64,000 bases of DNA from Candidatus Eiseniibacteriota bacterium (GTDB lineage Bacteria > Eisenbacteria > RBG-16-71-46), in assembly GCA_963707915.1 (NCBI GenBank), contig OY970178.1, forward strand, positions 1,344,001 to 1,408,000. The letters run 5' to 3'. Under the pieces are notes generated by a model. The model did no database searches. It was not told the origin of the DNA and worked only from the letters and a program-made list of their open reading frames with translations. Of the stretch, positions 1-10,485 are shown in pieces (position 1 is the first letter of the stretch; each line of letters starts with the position of its first letter). A program made the translations under genes and the position numbers.

Positions 1-254
1 GAGGCCAGGAAGCTCCGCCCGACGAGATAGAGGGTGCCCAGCGAGACCAGGGTGTAGAAGACGAAGCTCAGGACGAGCCTCAGGCGGGGCAGCTCGTAGA
101 CTTCGCGCAGGCCCGCCGCCCGGGCCGAGAGGATGGCCACCAGCAACAGGAGCGCGGGCAACCAGACGAGACGGCCCGGCAGCCCCCGCGGCCGATCGAC
201 GCGCGTCCGGCCGGACGCCGGGCCGTGGCCCGCCTTCGGCCCGGCAGCGCTCAT
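1..254 (-). CDS. Partial membrane protein (N-terminus only; possibly a membrane sensor domain)
   Basis: Manual translation from ATG at 254 gives MSAAGPK...LVWLPALLLLVAILSARAAGLREVYELPRLRLVLSFVFYTLVSLGTLYLVGRSFLA, with two hydrophobic segments. The frame is open to the window edge. Confidence 0.55.
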   Translation of the reverse strand, partial: MSAAGPKAGHGPASGRTRVDRPRGLPGRLVWLPALLLLVAILSARAAGLREVYELPRLRLVLSFVFYTLVSLGTLYLVGRSFLA

Positions 255-818
255 GACGGGTCTCCGGCGGTCGGCGCGGATGCGGACGGGCAGCGTGGGA
301 AGCTCCGCCGCGCGGGGAGAGCCGTCCTCCGCTCCCCGTCCGGGCCGTGCCCGCCTGGGCAGGGCACCGGGTCGACGAGCCCGGGCGAGGTGCATTCCGC
401 ATATCCCGTCGGTGCGCTGATGTTGGAGTCGTCCATCCGCCCACCCGCATGACTGCAGCCGGGCCCCGCGCCAGGAGACCCCGGGGCCACCCTTCCACGA
501 TCTCGAGAGATTACCGCAACCGCGCTTCGACCTGAACTCGAAACGGCCGGCGAGGGTGCACCGGGGCCGACCGGCGGGATCGGGAGTGCCGGGCGAGCCC
601 CGTGCGAGGGAGCGTCTGCCGCCGGTCACCAGCCCGGATTTGCCGCACGGCCGCAGCATCTCTGACACACCGCGCGACTAGGCTGCAGGTGAAGCGAGCG
701 GCGTATCCCCCCATCCGGCCGGGCCCGTGCAGCGAGCCCGGTCACCGGGGTGGTAGGCTGCAAGGGGGAAGTCCGGGATCCACGCCCGCTCATGCGAATC
801 CGTTCCGGGAGGCACGCC

Positions 819-3185
819 ATGCCATCGCAAGGAATCTTCCGCTCGATCCGTCGGGCCGCAGTCGGGGCGTTCATCGCCACGCTCGTGGCGACCGCCGCGC
901 TCGCGGTCGCCGTTCCCGCTCGCGCCGCCGATCCGGCCTGGCCGCGCCAGATCGATTCGCCGAGCGGCTCGTTCGTGATCTATCAACCGCAGCCGGAGGA
1001 TCTCGACGGCGACCTGCTCACGGCCCGCGCCGCGTTCTCGCTGCAGAAGAGCACGGATGCCGACCCGACCTTCGGCGTGCTGTGGTTCACCGAGCGCATC
1101 GCGATCGACCGCGACAGCAGCACGGTGACCGCGCGCAGCCTCGACGTGACCAAGGTCCGGCTCCCGGGCATCACGGCGGACGAGGAGAGCGGCTACGAGA
1201 AGCTCGTCGAGTCCGAGGCGGCGCAGTGGGACCTCTCCGGCTCGCTCGAGGAGTTGCGGGCGGGGCTGGCCGCGACCGAGCGGGAACGCGCGAGCGTCGC
1301 GGGCCTGGGCACCGCTCCGCCACGGATCATCTTCGCCTACGAACGCGCGATCCTGGTCCCGTACGACGGCGCACCCGCGCTCGAGCCGATCGAGGGCTCC
1401 AGCCTCCAGCGCGTCGCGAACACGCCCTACGCGGTGGTCTTCGACCCCTCGAGCCGCACCTACTACCTGAACGGGGCGAACCTCTGGTACGCGGCCCGGA
1501 GCCCGCTGGGTCCGTGGACCGACACGCTGCGTGTCCCCGCCGCGGTGCGCGCGATCGTGCCGCCCGACACCGCGGCGGCCGCCCAGGTCCAGGGCCCCCC
1601 GCCGCTGGTGCTCACCGCCACCGACCCCACCGAGCTGGTCTCGACGGACGGCCCGCCGCGCTACGCGCCGCTGGTCGGCGACGAGCTGCTCTACGTCACC
1701 AACACCGAGAGCGACGTGCTGCGCGAGGTGAGCTCGCAAGCGCTGTACGTGCTGCTGGCCGGCCGCTGGTACCGGGCTTCCTCGCCGGACGGGCCGTGGA
1801 CGTTCGTGCGGGGCGACCAGTTGCCCGCCAGCTTCGGGCGGATCCCGCCCGGCTCGCCCAAGGGCGGTCTCCTGGCGAGCGTGGCGGGCACCGACCAGGC
1901 CGAGGACGCGATCGCGGACGCCGAGATCCCGCAGACCAGCGCGATTCGGCGTAGCGAGGACGGCTTCACCGTGAGCTACGACGGCAGCCCGGAGTTCCAG
2001 CCCATCGCCGGCACGACCCTGCAATACGCCGTCAACACGGACGCCGAGGTCATCTTCGCCGACGGACGCTACTACGCCTGCGACCAGGGCGTCTGGTACA
2101 TCGCCGACGATCCGGAGGGCCCGTGGAGCGTGAGCGAGACGCGCCCGCTCGGCGTGGACGGCATCCCCCCCGACTGCCCGGTCTACAACGTCCGCTACGT
2201 CTTCATCTACGACGCGACCCCGGACGTGGTCTACATGGGCTACCTGCCCGGCTACGTCGGCTGCTATCCCTACTACGGCACGGTCGTGTACGGGACCGGC
2301 TATCGCTACGTGCCGTGGCGCGGTCGGCAGCACTACTACGCGCGACCCGCGACCTGGGGATTCTACGCCCGCTACAACCCCTGGCTGGGCCGCTGGAGCT
2401 TCGGCTTCAGCTACGGCACGGGCTTCCTCCGGGTCGGCACGCGCTGGATGTGGCCGCACGAATCCGCTCGCCACCACGGCGCGGCGGCCTGGTTCGGACC
2501 GGGCGGCTATCGCCGCCCGCTGCTGGCCGCGGACCTGACTCCCGTGCGGGCCCGGCGTGCCGGCATGACGCGAGCGACCCTCGGGGGCAGCCCGCCCGCG
2601 AACCTCTACAACCGCACGGAGAACGTCACCCGCGTGGATCGCGCGGCCTTCCGCGTGCCCCCGCGCCGGGTCGCGCGCCTCGCCCCGAAGCCGGCCCCGT
2701 CGCCCAACAACGTGCTCGCCGGCAAGGACGGCAAGGTCTACCAGCGCGACGCGCTCGGGAACTGGCGGGTGAACGATGGGCGCGCGTGGAGGCCGGCCCT
2801 GGTCCCCGCCCGGCCCTTCGTCGCGCCGCCGGCGACCGGCCGGAGAGCGCCCGGCACCGCGACGGAGGAAGTGGCCAGGCCCGCGGAGCGCCCGCCGTCG
2901 CAGCCGGCGCCCGGATCGTGGCCCAGCGAGCGCCCGGTGCGACCGCGCGCCGTGCCCCCTGCCAGCCCCGCACCACCGGCGATGGGGCCGTCACCGGGCG
3001 ACCTCGAGCGCGAGTACCGCGCTCGCGAGCGCGCCAGCGAGAAGACCGCTCCGGACGCCGTCGCGCCGGCCGAGCGTCCTGCGCCGGCCCGCGAGGAGCG
3101 TCCCGCCCCGGTCCGCGAGGAGCGTCGCGCCCCGGCCCGCGAGGAGCGTCAGCGGCCGGGGGACCCGGCCGAGCGCAGGCGATAG
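819..3185 (+). CDS. Large secreted hypothetical protein (resembles proteins loosely annotated 'carbohydrate-binding family V/XII'), with a Pro/Arg-rich disordered C-terminus
   Basis: GGAGG RBS at 808-812 before ATG 819. Signal peptide (...AVPARA-ADPAWPR), aromatic-rich repeated G-P-W motifs, YYGTVVYGTG segment, low-complexity tail. Confidence 0.7.
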   Translation: MPSQGIFRSIRRAAVGAFIATLVATAALAVAVPARAADPAWPRQIDSPSGSFVIYQPQPEDLDGDLLTARAAFSLQKSTDADPTFGVLWFTERIAIDRDSSTVTARSLDVTKVRLPGITADEESGYEKLVESEAAQWDLSGSLEELRAGLAATERERASVAGLGTAPPRIIFAYERAILVPYDGAPALEPIEGSSLQRVANTPYAVVFDPSSRTYYLNGANLWYAARSPLGPWTDTLRVPAAVRAIVPPDTAAAAQVQGPPPLVLTATDPTELVSTDGPPRYAPLVGDELLYVTNTESDVLREVSSQALYVLLAGRWYRASSPDGPWTFVRGDQLPASFGRIPPGSPKGGLLASVAGTDQAEDAIADAEIPQTSAIRRSEDGFTVSYDGSPEFQPIAGTTLQYAVNTDAEVIFADGRYYACDQGVWYIADDPEGPWSVSETRPLGVDGIPPDCPVYNVRYVFIYDATPDVVYMGYLPGYVGCYPYYGTVVYGTGYRYVPWRGRQHYYARPATWGFYARYNPWLGRWSFGFSYGTGFLRVGTRWMWPHESARHHGAAAWFGPGGYRRPLLAADLTPVRARRAGMTRATLGGSPPANLYNRTENVTRVDRAAFRVPPRRVARLAPKPAPSPNNVLAGKDGKVYQRDALGNWRVNDGRAWRPALVPARPFVAPPATGRRAPGTATEEVARPAERPPSQPAPGSWPSERPVRPRAVPPASPAPPAMGPSPGDLEREYRARERASEKTAPDAVAPAERPAPAREERPAPVREERRAPAREERQRPGDPAERRR
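3081..3152 (+). repeat. Three 24-bp tandem coding repeats (APAREERP/APVREERR/APAREERQ)
   Basis: gcgccggcccgcgaggagcgtccc / gccccggtccgcgaggagcgtcgc / gccccggcccgcgaggagcgtcag. Confidence 0.85.
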
Positions 3186-3276
3186 GAAGAGCGGGCCCGC
3201 GGCGGGCAGGCCTGCCCTGCCTCCGCGGGCTTCACGGACCCGCAGCCGCCATCCGGGCGGCCGCGCGCCGCCCGGG

Positions 3277-3996
3277 TCACTCGTAGACCCGTTCCACCGA
3301 GCCGGGCCTGATCCATCCGCCGCTGCCGCCGGGCAGTTGCACGAGCAGGTAGCCGCCGCGCCGCTCGCGGATCCTGACCTCCGTGCCGTCGTGCAGCAGC
3401 AGGATCTGCTTGAACTCCCCCCCCGGCCCGCTCAGCGCGCTGACCTCCGGCGCGATGACCACCGCCGGCTGCGCGCTCACCTCTCCGGCCCACACCCAGC
3501 GGGTGACGAGGCAGAACAGCGAGAGCGCCGCGAACAGCGCCGCGCCGACGGCGAACGCCGCGCCGCGACGGACGATCCAGGCCGACAGGCTCAGCGCGGC
3601 CAGCAGGAAGGTCACCGCCGCCAGCAGCGCGGCCTCTCTCCGCGAGAGCAGGTGGAAGGTTGCGTCCAGGGCCGTGGCCACGGGCCCCGGGACGGTCAGC
3701 ACCTTGTCCGCCCGGTAGCCGCGCGCGAACGAGAGGTTCCGGTCGATGTCCGCGTCGCGCGGGCTCAGGGCGCGGGCCCGCCGGTATTGCACGATGGCCG
3801 CGCCGATCCTGCCGGACTTGAACAGGGCGTTGCCGAGGTTGTAGCAGGCGTCGGCGCTGGGCCCGCCCGCGAGGGCCTGCCGGTAGGCACGGACCGCGCC
3901 GGGGTAGTCCTTCCGGGCATAGAGCTGGTTGCCCTGATTGTACGGGCCGGACGGCGCGAGGACCATCACCGACAGAAGAATCAGGCTGGACAGCAT
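3277..3996 (-). CDS. batE: BatE-like TPR + C-terminal SH3-like protein
   Basis: Signal peptide, TPR (YNLGNALFKSGRIGAAIVQYRRA), two TM helices, LHDGTEV...GGWI SH3-like end. Last gene of the Bat operon. Confidence 0.8.
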   Translation of the reverse strand: MLSSLILLSVMVLAPSGPYNQGNQLYARKDYPGAVRAYRQALAGGPSADACYNLGNALFKSGRIGAAIVQYRRARALSPRDADIDRNLSFARGYRADKVLTVPGPVATALDATFHLLSRREAALLAAVTFLLAALSLSAWIVRRGAAFAVGAALFAALSLFCLVTRWVWAGEVSAQPAVVIAPEVSALSGPGGEFKQILLLHDGTEVRIRERRGGYLLVQLPGGSGGWIRPGSVERVYE

Positions 3997-4021
3997 CTCG
4001 AGCGCTCCCGTTCGATCGAGG

Positions 4022-5794
4022 TCACAGCTTCCCCATGACGTCGCGCGCCTTCTGGAACAGTTCCTTCGGGTCGTCCGTGGCCCGCATCCCCGGCGAGAAG
4101 CGGGCGACCTCGCACCGCTCGATGACCTCGAGGACATCGGCCACCGTGCCCGGCGCCACCTGCAGCTGCAGCAGCTCGGCCTGCAGCCGCTCCTTGGTCA
4201 TGGCCTGGACGTCGATGTTGAAGCGGTCCCCGAGATAGCCCAGCACGGCCTGGGTCAGCGCCGCGTGGAAGCCCCGCTCGTCCTTCTTCTTCAGGGACTC
4301 CCCGGCCTGCCGGAAGCGCGCCCGCACCAGCTTCGACGATCGCACCTTGCGCGCGTAGCCGCGATCCGACAGCAATCGCTGGCTGTGCCCACGGTACCAG
4401 AAGGCCCCCGCCACCAGGCCCAGCGACACGGCATAGAGCAGGTCGGACCACCCGGGTGGATCGAAGGGCGTGACCTCCAGCCCCTTCGCGTCGGCCTTGA
4501 TGTACTCGATGTCCGTGCCGAGCACCTTCAGCCCGGTGGCCTCCACCACCGGCGCGCTCTGGATGGAGCCGCTCGCCGAACACTCGAAGGGCCCTGCCGC
4601 GAGGGTCTTGTAGACCTTCGACTGCGGGTCGAAAGTGGCGAGCCGGACTTCCGGGATGACGAACTTGCCGTCGGCCTGCGGGATGACGGGATAGCGGAAG
4701 GTCCGGCTCCCCTGCACGCCGTCCGGGCCCGCGCGGACGTCCTCCGTGATCTCGGGATCGAGGATCCGGAGCCCGGGGACCGCAGCGATCGCGGGCTTCC
4801 CGATCATCCGGACGTTGCCGCTGCCGCTGACCCGGAGCGTCAGGTTGATCGGCTCGCTGCCCGTGGTGGACGTGCGGTCGAGGGCCCCGGAGAGCGTGAA
4901 CCGGCCGACCCCGCCGGTGAACTCGGCGGGCTTGTCCCGCTCCGGCAGCGGCAGGACCTTGATGGTCACGGGCTTGGACTCGACCCGCACCGTCTGCGTG
5001 GTCCCGAACATGTCGAAGAAGTCACGCGAGGTCTGCATCACCGCCACGTTGAAGGCCATGGGCTTGACCGTGACCTCGCCGGGGGACATCGGGAAGAGGG
5101 CGACGCTCTTGAGCCGCGAGACGTCGTACGCCTTGCCGTCCAGCGTGCGGCGCTGGAAGTCGAAGCGACCGGCGTCGTAGACCTTCTCGGCCCAGAAGCC
5201 GTCGAAGGACGGCAGCTCGGCCCAGCCGCCGTCGGTGATCCGCAGCCGCGTGTAGAGCGAGACCTCGAGCATGACCGGCTCGCCGACGAAGACGGTCCTG
5301 CGACCGGGGACCGCCGACAGGAACAGGTTGCCCTCGATCGGCACGTTCGCGTCGCGGGGCCGGGCCCCGGGTCTCGCCGGCATCGGCTGGGCCTGGCCCT
5401 GGGCCGCCCTGGCGACGGTCATCTCGATCGGCTGGCTCGCGTACTCCCGTCCCTCGTAGGTCAGCTTGCACGGCGGGATGACGAGCCGCCCCGTCCTCTT
5501 CGCGGACAGGACGTACAGGAAGCTGACCGACGCCTGCTTCCTCATCTGGCCGTTGACGAACGAAATGTTCGTGGACTGGGACGACGTGCTGCCCAGCACG
5601 TCGAAGTCCGGCAGCGCCGGGAGGACCGGCCGGGGCGCCGAGACCATGTCCTCGCCCTGCACGGCCAGCTCGAGCTGGAACTGCTCGCCCACCCCCACCG
5701 TCGTCCGGTCCACCGAGGCGGAGAAGCGCACCTCGGCCGGGAAGGCCGCCGCGGGGAGCGCGAGGAGCGCAAGCAGGAGGAGGACGCGTCTCAC
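4022..5794 (-). CDS. batD: BatD family protein
   Basis: Signal peptide; SASVDRTTVGVGEQF start, GSGNV motif, C-terminal TM and 'ARFSP' tail typical of BatD; operon context. Confidence 0.85.
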   Translation of the reverse strand: MRRVLLLLALLALPAAAFPAEVRFSASVDRTTVGVGEQFQLELAVQGEDMVSAPRPVLPALPDFDVLGSTSSQSTNISFVNGQMRKQASVSFLYVLSAKRTGRLVIPPCKLTYEGREYASQPIEMTVARAAQGQAQPMPARPGARPRDANVPIEGNLFLSAVPGRRTVFVGEPVMLEVSLYTRLRITDGGWAELPSFDGFWAEKVYDAGRFDFQRRTLDGKAYDVSRLKSVALFPMSPGEVTVKPMAFNVAVMQTSRDFFDMFGTTQTVRVESKPVTIKVLPLPERDKPAEFTGGVGRFTLSGALDRTSTTGSEPINLTLRVSGSGNVRMIGKPAIAAVPGLRILDPEITEDVRAGPDGVQGSRTFRYPVIPQADGKFVIPEVRLATFDPQSKVYKTLAAGPFECSASGSIQSAPVVEATGLKVLGTDIEYIKADAKGLEVTPFDPPGWSDLLYAVSLGLVAGAFWYRGHSQRLLSDRGYARKVRSSKLVRARFRQAGESLKKKDERGFHAALTQAVLGYLGDRFNIDVQAMTKERLQAELLQLQVAPGTVADVLEVIERCEVARFSPGMRATDDPKELFQKARDVMGKL

Positions 5795-5865
5795 GCGACG
5801 GACTCTACACGACCACCGATGGGATGCCAGTCGGACCCCCGCTCGTCGTCACCGGGGCGCACGCC

Positions 5866-7581
5866 TCACCAGTCCTTGCCGCCGGGCGCCGCCTGCTTCG
5901 GCTCCTTCGGCTGCTTCTTCCGGTCCTCGCGCTCCCGGCTCTGCAGCGCCTGGAGCATGCGCTCGGCCTGGTCCTTGCCGATCTCGCCCTTGCGGGCCGC
6001 TGCCTGCTGCGGCTGCGGCGACTGCTGCGGCTGCCGGGGCGGCTGCTGCTGCGGCTGCCGGGCCCCGGTGGAATCGCTCTTCTGCTGACGGGGCTGGTCC
6101 TTCATCTTCCAGCAGTACTCGAGGTTCTGCTTGGCCTGCCGGTCGTTCGGGTCCAGCATCAGCGCCCGGGAGTAGCTGGTGATCGCGGCGTCCAGCGCGT
6201 TCTGCCGGAACTGGCAGTTGCCGATGTTGTACAGGCTCCGGGCCTTGAGCCGCCGGTCCTTCGACAGGAGACCCAGCTGGAACTCCGCCGCGGCCTCCGG
6301 ATGCTTCTTCGTCCGGTAGAGCGCGCGGCCCAGGTCGTAGCGGATCCGGACGTTGTCGGGCTCGAGCACCAGCGCGTCCTGGTACTTGCGAACCGCCTCC
6401 TCGACCTTGCCCTGCTTCTCGAGCGCAAGCCCTTCCCGCATCCGCGCGCCGACGCCGGCGCGGGCCGGCCCCGCCCACGCGGCCAGCGCCAGCACCACGA
6501 CGAGGGCGCTCCCGGCGCCGCGCCCGGCGGGGCCGTGGAGCGGACGGCCCCACGGCCGGCGGAATCCCGCGAAGGACGGCCGGGCGAACCAGCGTCCCCG
6601 GCGGTCGCTGAGGAACAGGCCCGCGAAGGTGAGCACGAAGGCGGCGGCCAGGAAGTACTGGAAGCGTTCCTCGTACTCCACGTACTCGCCGCCGACGATC
6701 TGCTTCTTCTGCATCTGGTCCAGCGCCGCCGCCAGGGCGTCGAGGTTGACGCTCTCGGAGCGGAAGTACCTGCCGCCGGTGGCCCGGGCCATCACCAGCA
6801 GCAGCCGCTCCGCGAGCCGCGAGATCACGAGCTTGTCGTCGCGGTCCTTCATGTACGTCGTGGCGGAGCCCTCGACCTCGGGGACCGTCGAGCCCTCCAG
6901 CGTGCCGACCCCCACGGCGAAGATGCGGATCCCCGCCCGCGCCGCCCGTTCCGTGGCCGCAGCGGGGTCGCCCTCGAGGTTGTCGCCGTCGGTGACCAGC
7001 AGCAGCGCCTTGGACGCCTGCTCGCGCGCGTCGAAGAGCGAGGCGGCGGTCTCGATGGCGCGCGGGATGTCGGTGCCGGGACGCGGCATGTTGTCCGGAT
7101 CGATGATGTCCAGGAAGAGCTTGGCGGCCTCCACGTCCGGCGTCAGCGGGCACATGACGTGGGCGTCGCCGGCGAAGGCCACCACGCCGACCTGGTTGGT
7201 GCTCAGGTTGTCGAGCAGCGAGGCGATCTCGGTCTTGGCGCGCGACAGCCGGCTGGGCTTGACGTCGGTGGCGAGCATGCTCTTCGAGGCGTCGAGCGCG
7301 ATGACGATGTCGATGCCGCGACCCTTGACCACCTGGAGCTTCTCACCCCACTGGGGCCGGGCCGCCGCGAGGATCATGAACGCCAGGCCCAGCACGAGGC
7401 AGACGGCCTTGGCCGCCGCCAGCTGCGGGCTGCGGCTGTCGGTCAGGCGCGGCACCAGCACCGGGTCGGCAAGGCGGCGCAGGTTCCTGCCCTTGAGCCA
7501 GTTGCCGGTGGCGATCGCCGCGACCACCAGCGGGAGCACGAACAGCAGGACCAGGTACTGCGACGCCGCCCAGCGGATCAT
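5866..7581 (-). CDS. batB: BatB-like VWA domain fused to BatC-like TPR and Gln-rich tail
   Basis: ARPQWG, MIDAS DASKSM, TDGD; then TM, TPR (YNIGNCQF...AKQNLE), Q/P-rich linker and a KDW terminus typical of BatC. Start ATG 7581 overlaps the batA stop. Confidence 0.85.
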   Translation of the reverse strand: MIRWAASQYLVLLFVLPLVVAAIATGNWLKGRNLRRLADPVLVPRLTDSRSPQLAAAKAVCLVLGLAFMILAAARPQWGEKLQVVKGRGIDIVIALDASKSMLATDVKPSRLSRAKTEIASLLDNLSTNQVGVVAFAGDAHVMCPLTPDVEAAKLFLDIIDPDNMPRPGTDIPRAIETAASLFDAREQASKALLLVTDGDNLEGDPAAATERAARAGIRIFAVGVGTLEGSTVPEVEGSATTYMKDRDDKLVISRLAERLLLVMARATGGRYFRSESVNLDALAAALDQMQKKQIVGGEYVEYEERFQYFLAAAFVLTFAGLFLSDRRGRWFARPSFAGFRRPWGRPLHGPAGRGAGSALVVVLALAAWAGPARAGVGARMREGLALEKQGKVEEAVRKYQDALVLEPDNVRIRYDLGRALYRTKKHPEAAAEFQLGLLSKDRRLKARSLYNIGNCQFRQNALDAAITSYSRALMLDPNDRQAKQNLEYCWKMKDQPRQQKSDSTGARQPQQQPPRQPQQSPQPQQAAARKGEIGKDQAERMLQALQSREREDRKKQPKEPKQAAPGGKDW

Positions 7582-8555
7582 GGCAGCCTCCGCATCAGCA
7601 GTGCGGTGGCCGCCAGTGCGAGCAGGAGGAGCGCGGCGGCCGGCAGCAGGAAGACCTCGGCCCGCTCGGCGTAGACCGTGTGACGGGCGACCTTGAAGGT
7701 CGTGGGCTCCATGCGGTCGATCTCGTCGTAGATCCGCTTGAGCGCCTCGTTGTCCGAGGCGAGGAACGCCTTGCCGCCGGTGATGGCCGAGATCTGGTCG
7801 AGCGTCTTCATGTCGAAATCGACCTGCATCGTCTGGGGCCGGCGCCCCCACAGCGGATCGTCGACCATCACCGTCACCGGGCCCTGGGAGCCGATGCCGA
7901 TGCAGTAGACCTTGATGCCGTAGGTGCGGGCCAGCTGCGCAGCGGTCAGCGGGTCGATCTCGCCGGTGTTGTTCAGCCCGTCGGTCAGCAGGATGATGAT
8001 CCGGTCCCTGGACTTGGAGTCCTTGATCCGGGCGACGGCGCTCGCCAGACCCATGCCGATGGCGGTCCGCGACGGGTCGAGGGTCCCCACCTGCAGCCGG
8101 TCGATGATGGCACCGAGCACCGTCCGGTCGACCGTGAGCGGGCAGCGCGCCATGGCGCCGTTGGCGAAGATCACCAGCCCGGCCCGGTCGCCGCGCCGCC
8201 TGGCGATGAACTCCCGGGCCCGTTGCCGGGCCACGGCGATCCGGCTGGGCTGGTAGTCGGCGAAGGTCATGGTCTCGGAGACGTCCATGCACAGCATGAT
8301 GTCCACGCCCCGGGACTCGACCTCCTCGTAGACGCGGCCGCGCTGCGGCCGCGCCAGGGCCAGCACCATCAGGACCAGGACCAGGGTGTTCGCCGCGAAC
8401 AGCGCCGCCTTGAGGTGCCGGCCCGGCCCCCGGTGCGCACGCAGGAACGAGACGTCCGAGAACCGCACGGCGGCGGTCCGCTTGCGCAGCTCCAGCCAGG
8501 CCATCGCGGCCACCGGGGCGAGCAGGAGCAGGTACCAGGGCGAGGCGAAGCGCAT
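7578..8555 (-). CDS. batA: BatA-like VWA domain protein
   Basis: MRFASPWYLLLL N-terminal BatA motif, LARPQ, VWA DVSETM, TAIGMG, LLTDGLNN. Confidence 0.85.
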   Translation of the reverse strand: MRFASPWYLLLLAPVAAMAWLELRKRTAAVRFSDVSFLRAHRGPGRHLKAALFAANTLVLVLMVLALARPQRGRVYEEVESRGVDIMLCMDVSETMTFADYQPSRIAVARQRAREFIARRRGDRAGLVIFANGAMARCPLTVDRTVLGAIIDRLQVGTLDPSRTAIGMGLASAVARIKDSKSRDRIIILLTDGLNNTGEIDPLTAAQLARTYGIKVYCIGIGSQGPVTVMVDDPLWGRRPQTMQVDFDMKTLDQISAITGGKAFLASDNEALKRIYDEIDRMEPTTFKVARHTVYAERAEVFLLPAAALLLLALAATALLMRRLP

Positions 8556-8557
8556 GG

Positions 8558-9508
8558 CTACGGCCGTTCCTTCCCCGGCCCGGCCGGGACCGCTGCGGCC
8601 GGCGCCTCCGCGGCCGGCACGGGCGCCAGGGGCGCCGCGGGCCGCGTGCTCGTCACGAAGTCGCGCACCTGCGCGATGGCGGACCGCGCCTCCGCCTCCG
8701 GCGGCACCGTCTTCGCGTACTTCACGAAGTCGGACCGGGTGAGGAACCGTGCGACCTCGTCCCGCATCGGCGTGCGGGCGGCCCGCATGCTGGCGAGGAT
8801 CTCGGTCGTCGTCTGCTCCACCGCGTTGAACTCGAAGCGCCGCTCGATGTAGCGCTTGAGCACCTGCGAGAGGGCGTAGTAGAAGCGCTTGACCTGGCCG
8901 GCGGCGAGCCACTCCTGCCAGGGCATCTGGTCGAGCGCGGCCAGCGCCTGCTCCCACGGCGGCAGCGGGCTCGCGGCCAGCTCGCGGGCGCGCCGGAGCC
9001 GGCGCAGCAGGCGGGAGCCGGCATAGGCCAGGCCGGCCGCCAGCAGCAGGATGCCCGGGACGATCCACAGCCAGGGGTTGGGGAAGGTCTCCGCCGGCTT
9101 GAGGTCGTTGATGTCCTTCATTCCCGGCGGGAGCACGCTGGCGATGGTCACCGCGGTCGTGTCGCTGCGGAGCGTGTCCACCCTGGACCCGGTGCGAACC
9201 AGGAAGGTGAAGACCGGCAGCCGGTGCCGGCCGGGCTTGAAGGCCGCGAGGCTCAGGCGGTGGACCTCGGGGCCCCTCCCCCCGCGCGCCGGGGGCTTCG
9301 GCTGCCGCGCGGCCGGGAGGAACACGCCCATCGAATCGGCCAGCGGCCCGATCACCTGGCTCGAGTCGGCGCGCGTCAGCGTGAGCACCACGTCGAACGG
9401 GTCACCGACCGTGAGCCGCGCCCGGGCCTCCGTGCGCGTCGTCAGCGCGGGCCGCCCGGGGAACGGCGTCGCCAGCAGGAGCACCAGGAGGAGCCGGGCC
9501 GCGACCAT
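8558..9508 (-). CDS. Bat-operon membrane protein (DUF4381-like)
   Basis: Signal peptide, 'INDLKP' motif before a single TM helix, C-terminal 'EQTTTEIL...DFVKYAK'. Lies between DUF58 and batA. Confidence 0.7.
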   Translation of the reverse strand: MVAARLLLVLLLATPFPGRPALTTRTEARARLTVGDPFDVVLTLTRADSSQVIGPLADSMGVFLPAARQPKPPARGGRGPEVHRLSLAAFKPGRHRLPVFTFLVRTGSRVDTLRSDTTAVTIASVLPPGMKDINDLKPAETFPNPWLWIVPGILLLAAGLAYAGSRLLRRLRRARELAASPLPPWEQALAALDQMPWQEWLAAGQVKRFYYALSQVLKRYIERRFEFNAVEQTTTEILASMRAARTPMRDEVARFLTRSDFVKYAKTVPPEAEARSAIAQVRDFVTSTRPAAPLAPVPAAEAPAAAVPAGPGKERP

Positions 9509-9510
9509 GA

Positions 9511-10485
9511 TCAGTGGAACCGGCGCGCCCGCAACCGGAAGAACTTGTGCAACCGGGGCGTGAAGTCCTCGTGCGTGTGCAGGCGGATGCTGTCGATGCC
9601 GAGCTGCCGGAACATCCGGTCGCGCCGCGACTCCAGTTCCCGCGCGTGCCGCTCGTAGGCCTGCCGCAGCCGCGCATCCGACGTGTTCACCGTGACGATC
9701 TCGCCCGTCTCCATGTCCTCCAGGTCCACGAGGCCGGCGCGCGGCAGCTCCTGCTCCGCCGGGTCGACGATGGGGATGGCCACGAGGTCGTGCCGGCGGG
9801 CCACGATCCCCAGCGGGATGCGGACGTTCTCCGGCGCGAAGCCCGGCCCCATGAAGTCGCTGATCAGGAAGACGATCGCGCGGTGCTTGAGGATGTGCAT
9901 CAGGTACTCCAGCGCCGCCGCCGGTCCGGTGCCGCGGCGCTCGGGCCGGAACAGCAGGATGTCGCGGACCAGCCGCATCACGTGCTGCCGGCCCTTGCGC
10001 GGCGGGATGAACCGCTCCACCCGGTCGGTGAAGAACAGCAGTCCCACCTTGTCGTTGTTGACCACCGCCGAGAACGCCAGCGTGGCCGCGACCTGGGCCG
10101 CCTGCTCCAGCTTGAACTGTGCCCGGGTGCCGAAGTAGCCCGAGCCCGAGGCGTCCACGCACAGGATCACCGTGAGCTCGCGCTCCTCGACGAACTTCTT
10201 GACGTAGGGCCGCGCCATCCGGGCGGTCACCTTCCAGTCGATGGCCCGGATGTCGTCGCCCGGCAGGTACTCGCGGACGTCGACGAACTCCATGCCCGTT
10301 CCCTTGAAGGTGGACCGGTACTCGCCGACGAAGCTGGTGTTGAGGATCTTCCGGGTGTGCAGCTCGATCCGGCGCAGCGTCTTCAGGAGCTCGAGGCTCC
10401 GCGTCGCCGGCGCGGGCGCCGGGGCCGGCCGGCTCCCCCGGGTCCGCGCGCGGCCGGCGCTCGTCGGCCCCGCCGGGCCGGTCAC
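9511..10485 (-). CDS. DUF58 domain protein
   Basis: GEYRSTFKGTGMEFVDVREYLPGDDIRAIDWKVTAR signature. Confidence 0.9.
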   Translation of the reverse strand: MTGPAGPTSAGRARTRGSRPAPAPAPATRSLELLKTLRRIELHTRKILNTSFVGEYRSTFKGTGMEFVDVREYLPGDDIRAIDWKVTARMARPYVKKFVEERELTVILCVDASGSGYFGTRAQFKLEQAAQVAATLAFSAVVNNDKVGLLFFTDRVERFIPPRKGRQHVMRLVRDILLFRPERRGTGPAAALEYLMHILKHRAIVFLISDFMGPGFAPENVRIPLGIVARRHDLVAIPIVDPAEQELPRAGLVDLEDMETGEIVTVNTSDARLRQAYERHARELESRRDRMFRQLGIDSIRLHTHEDFTPRLHKFFRLRARRFH

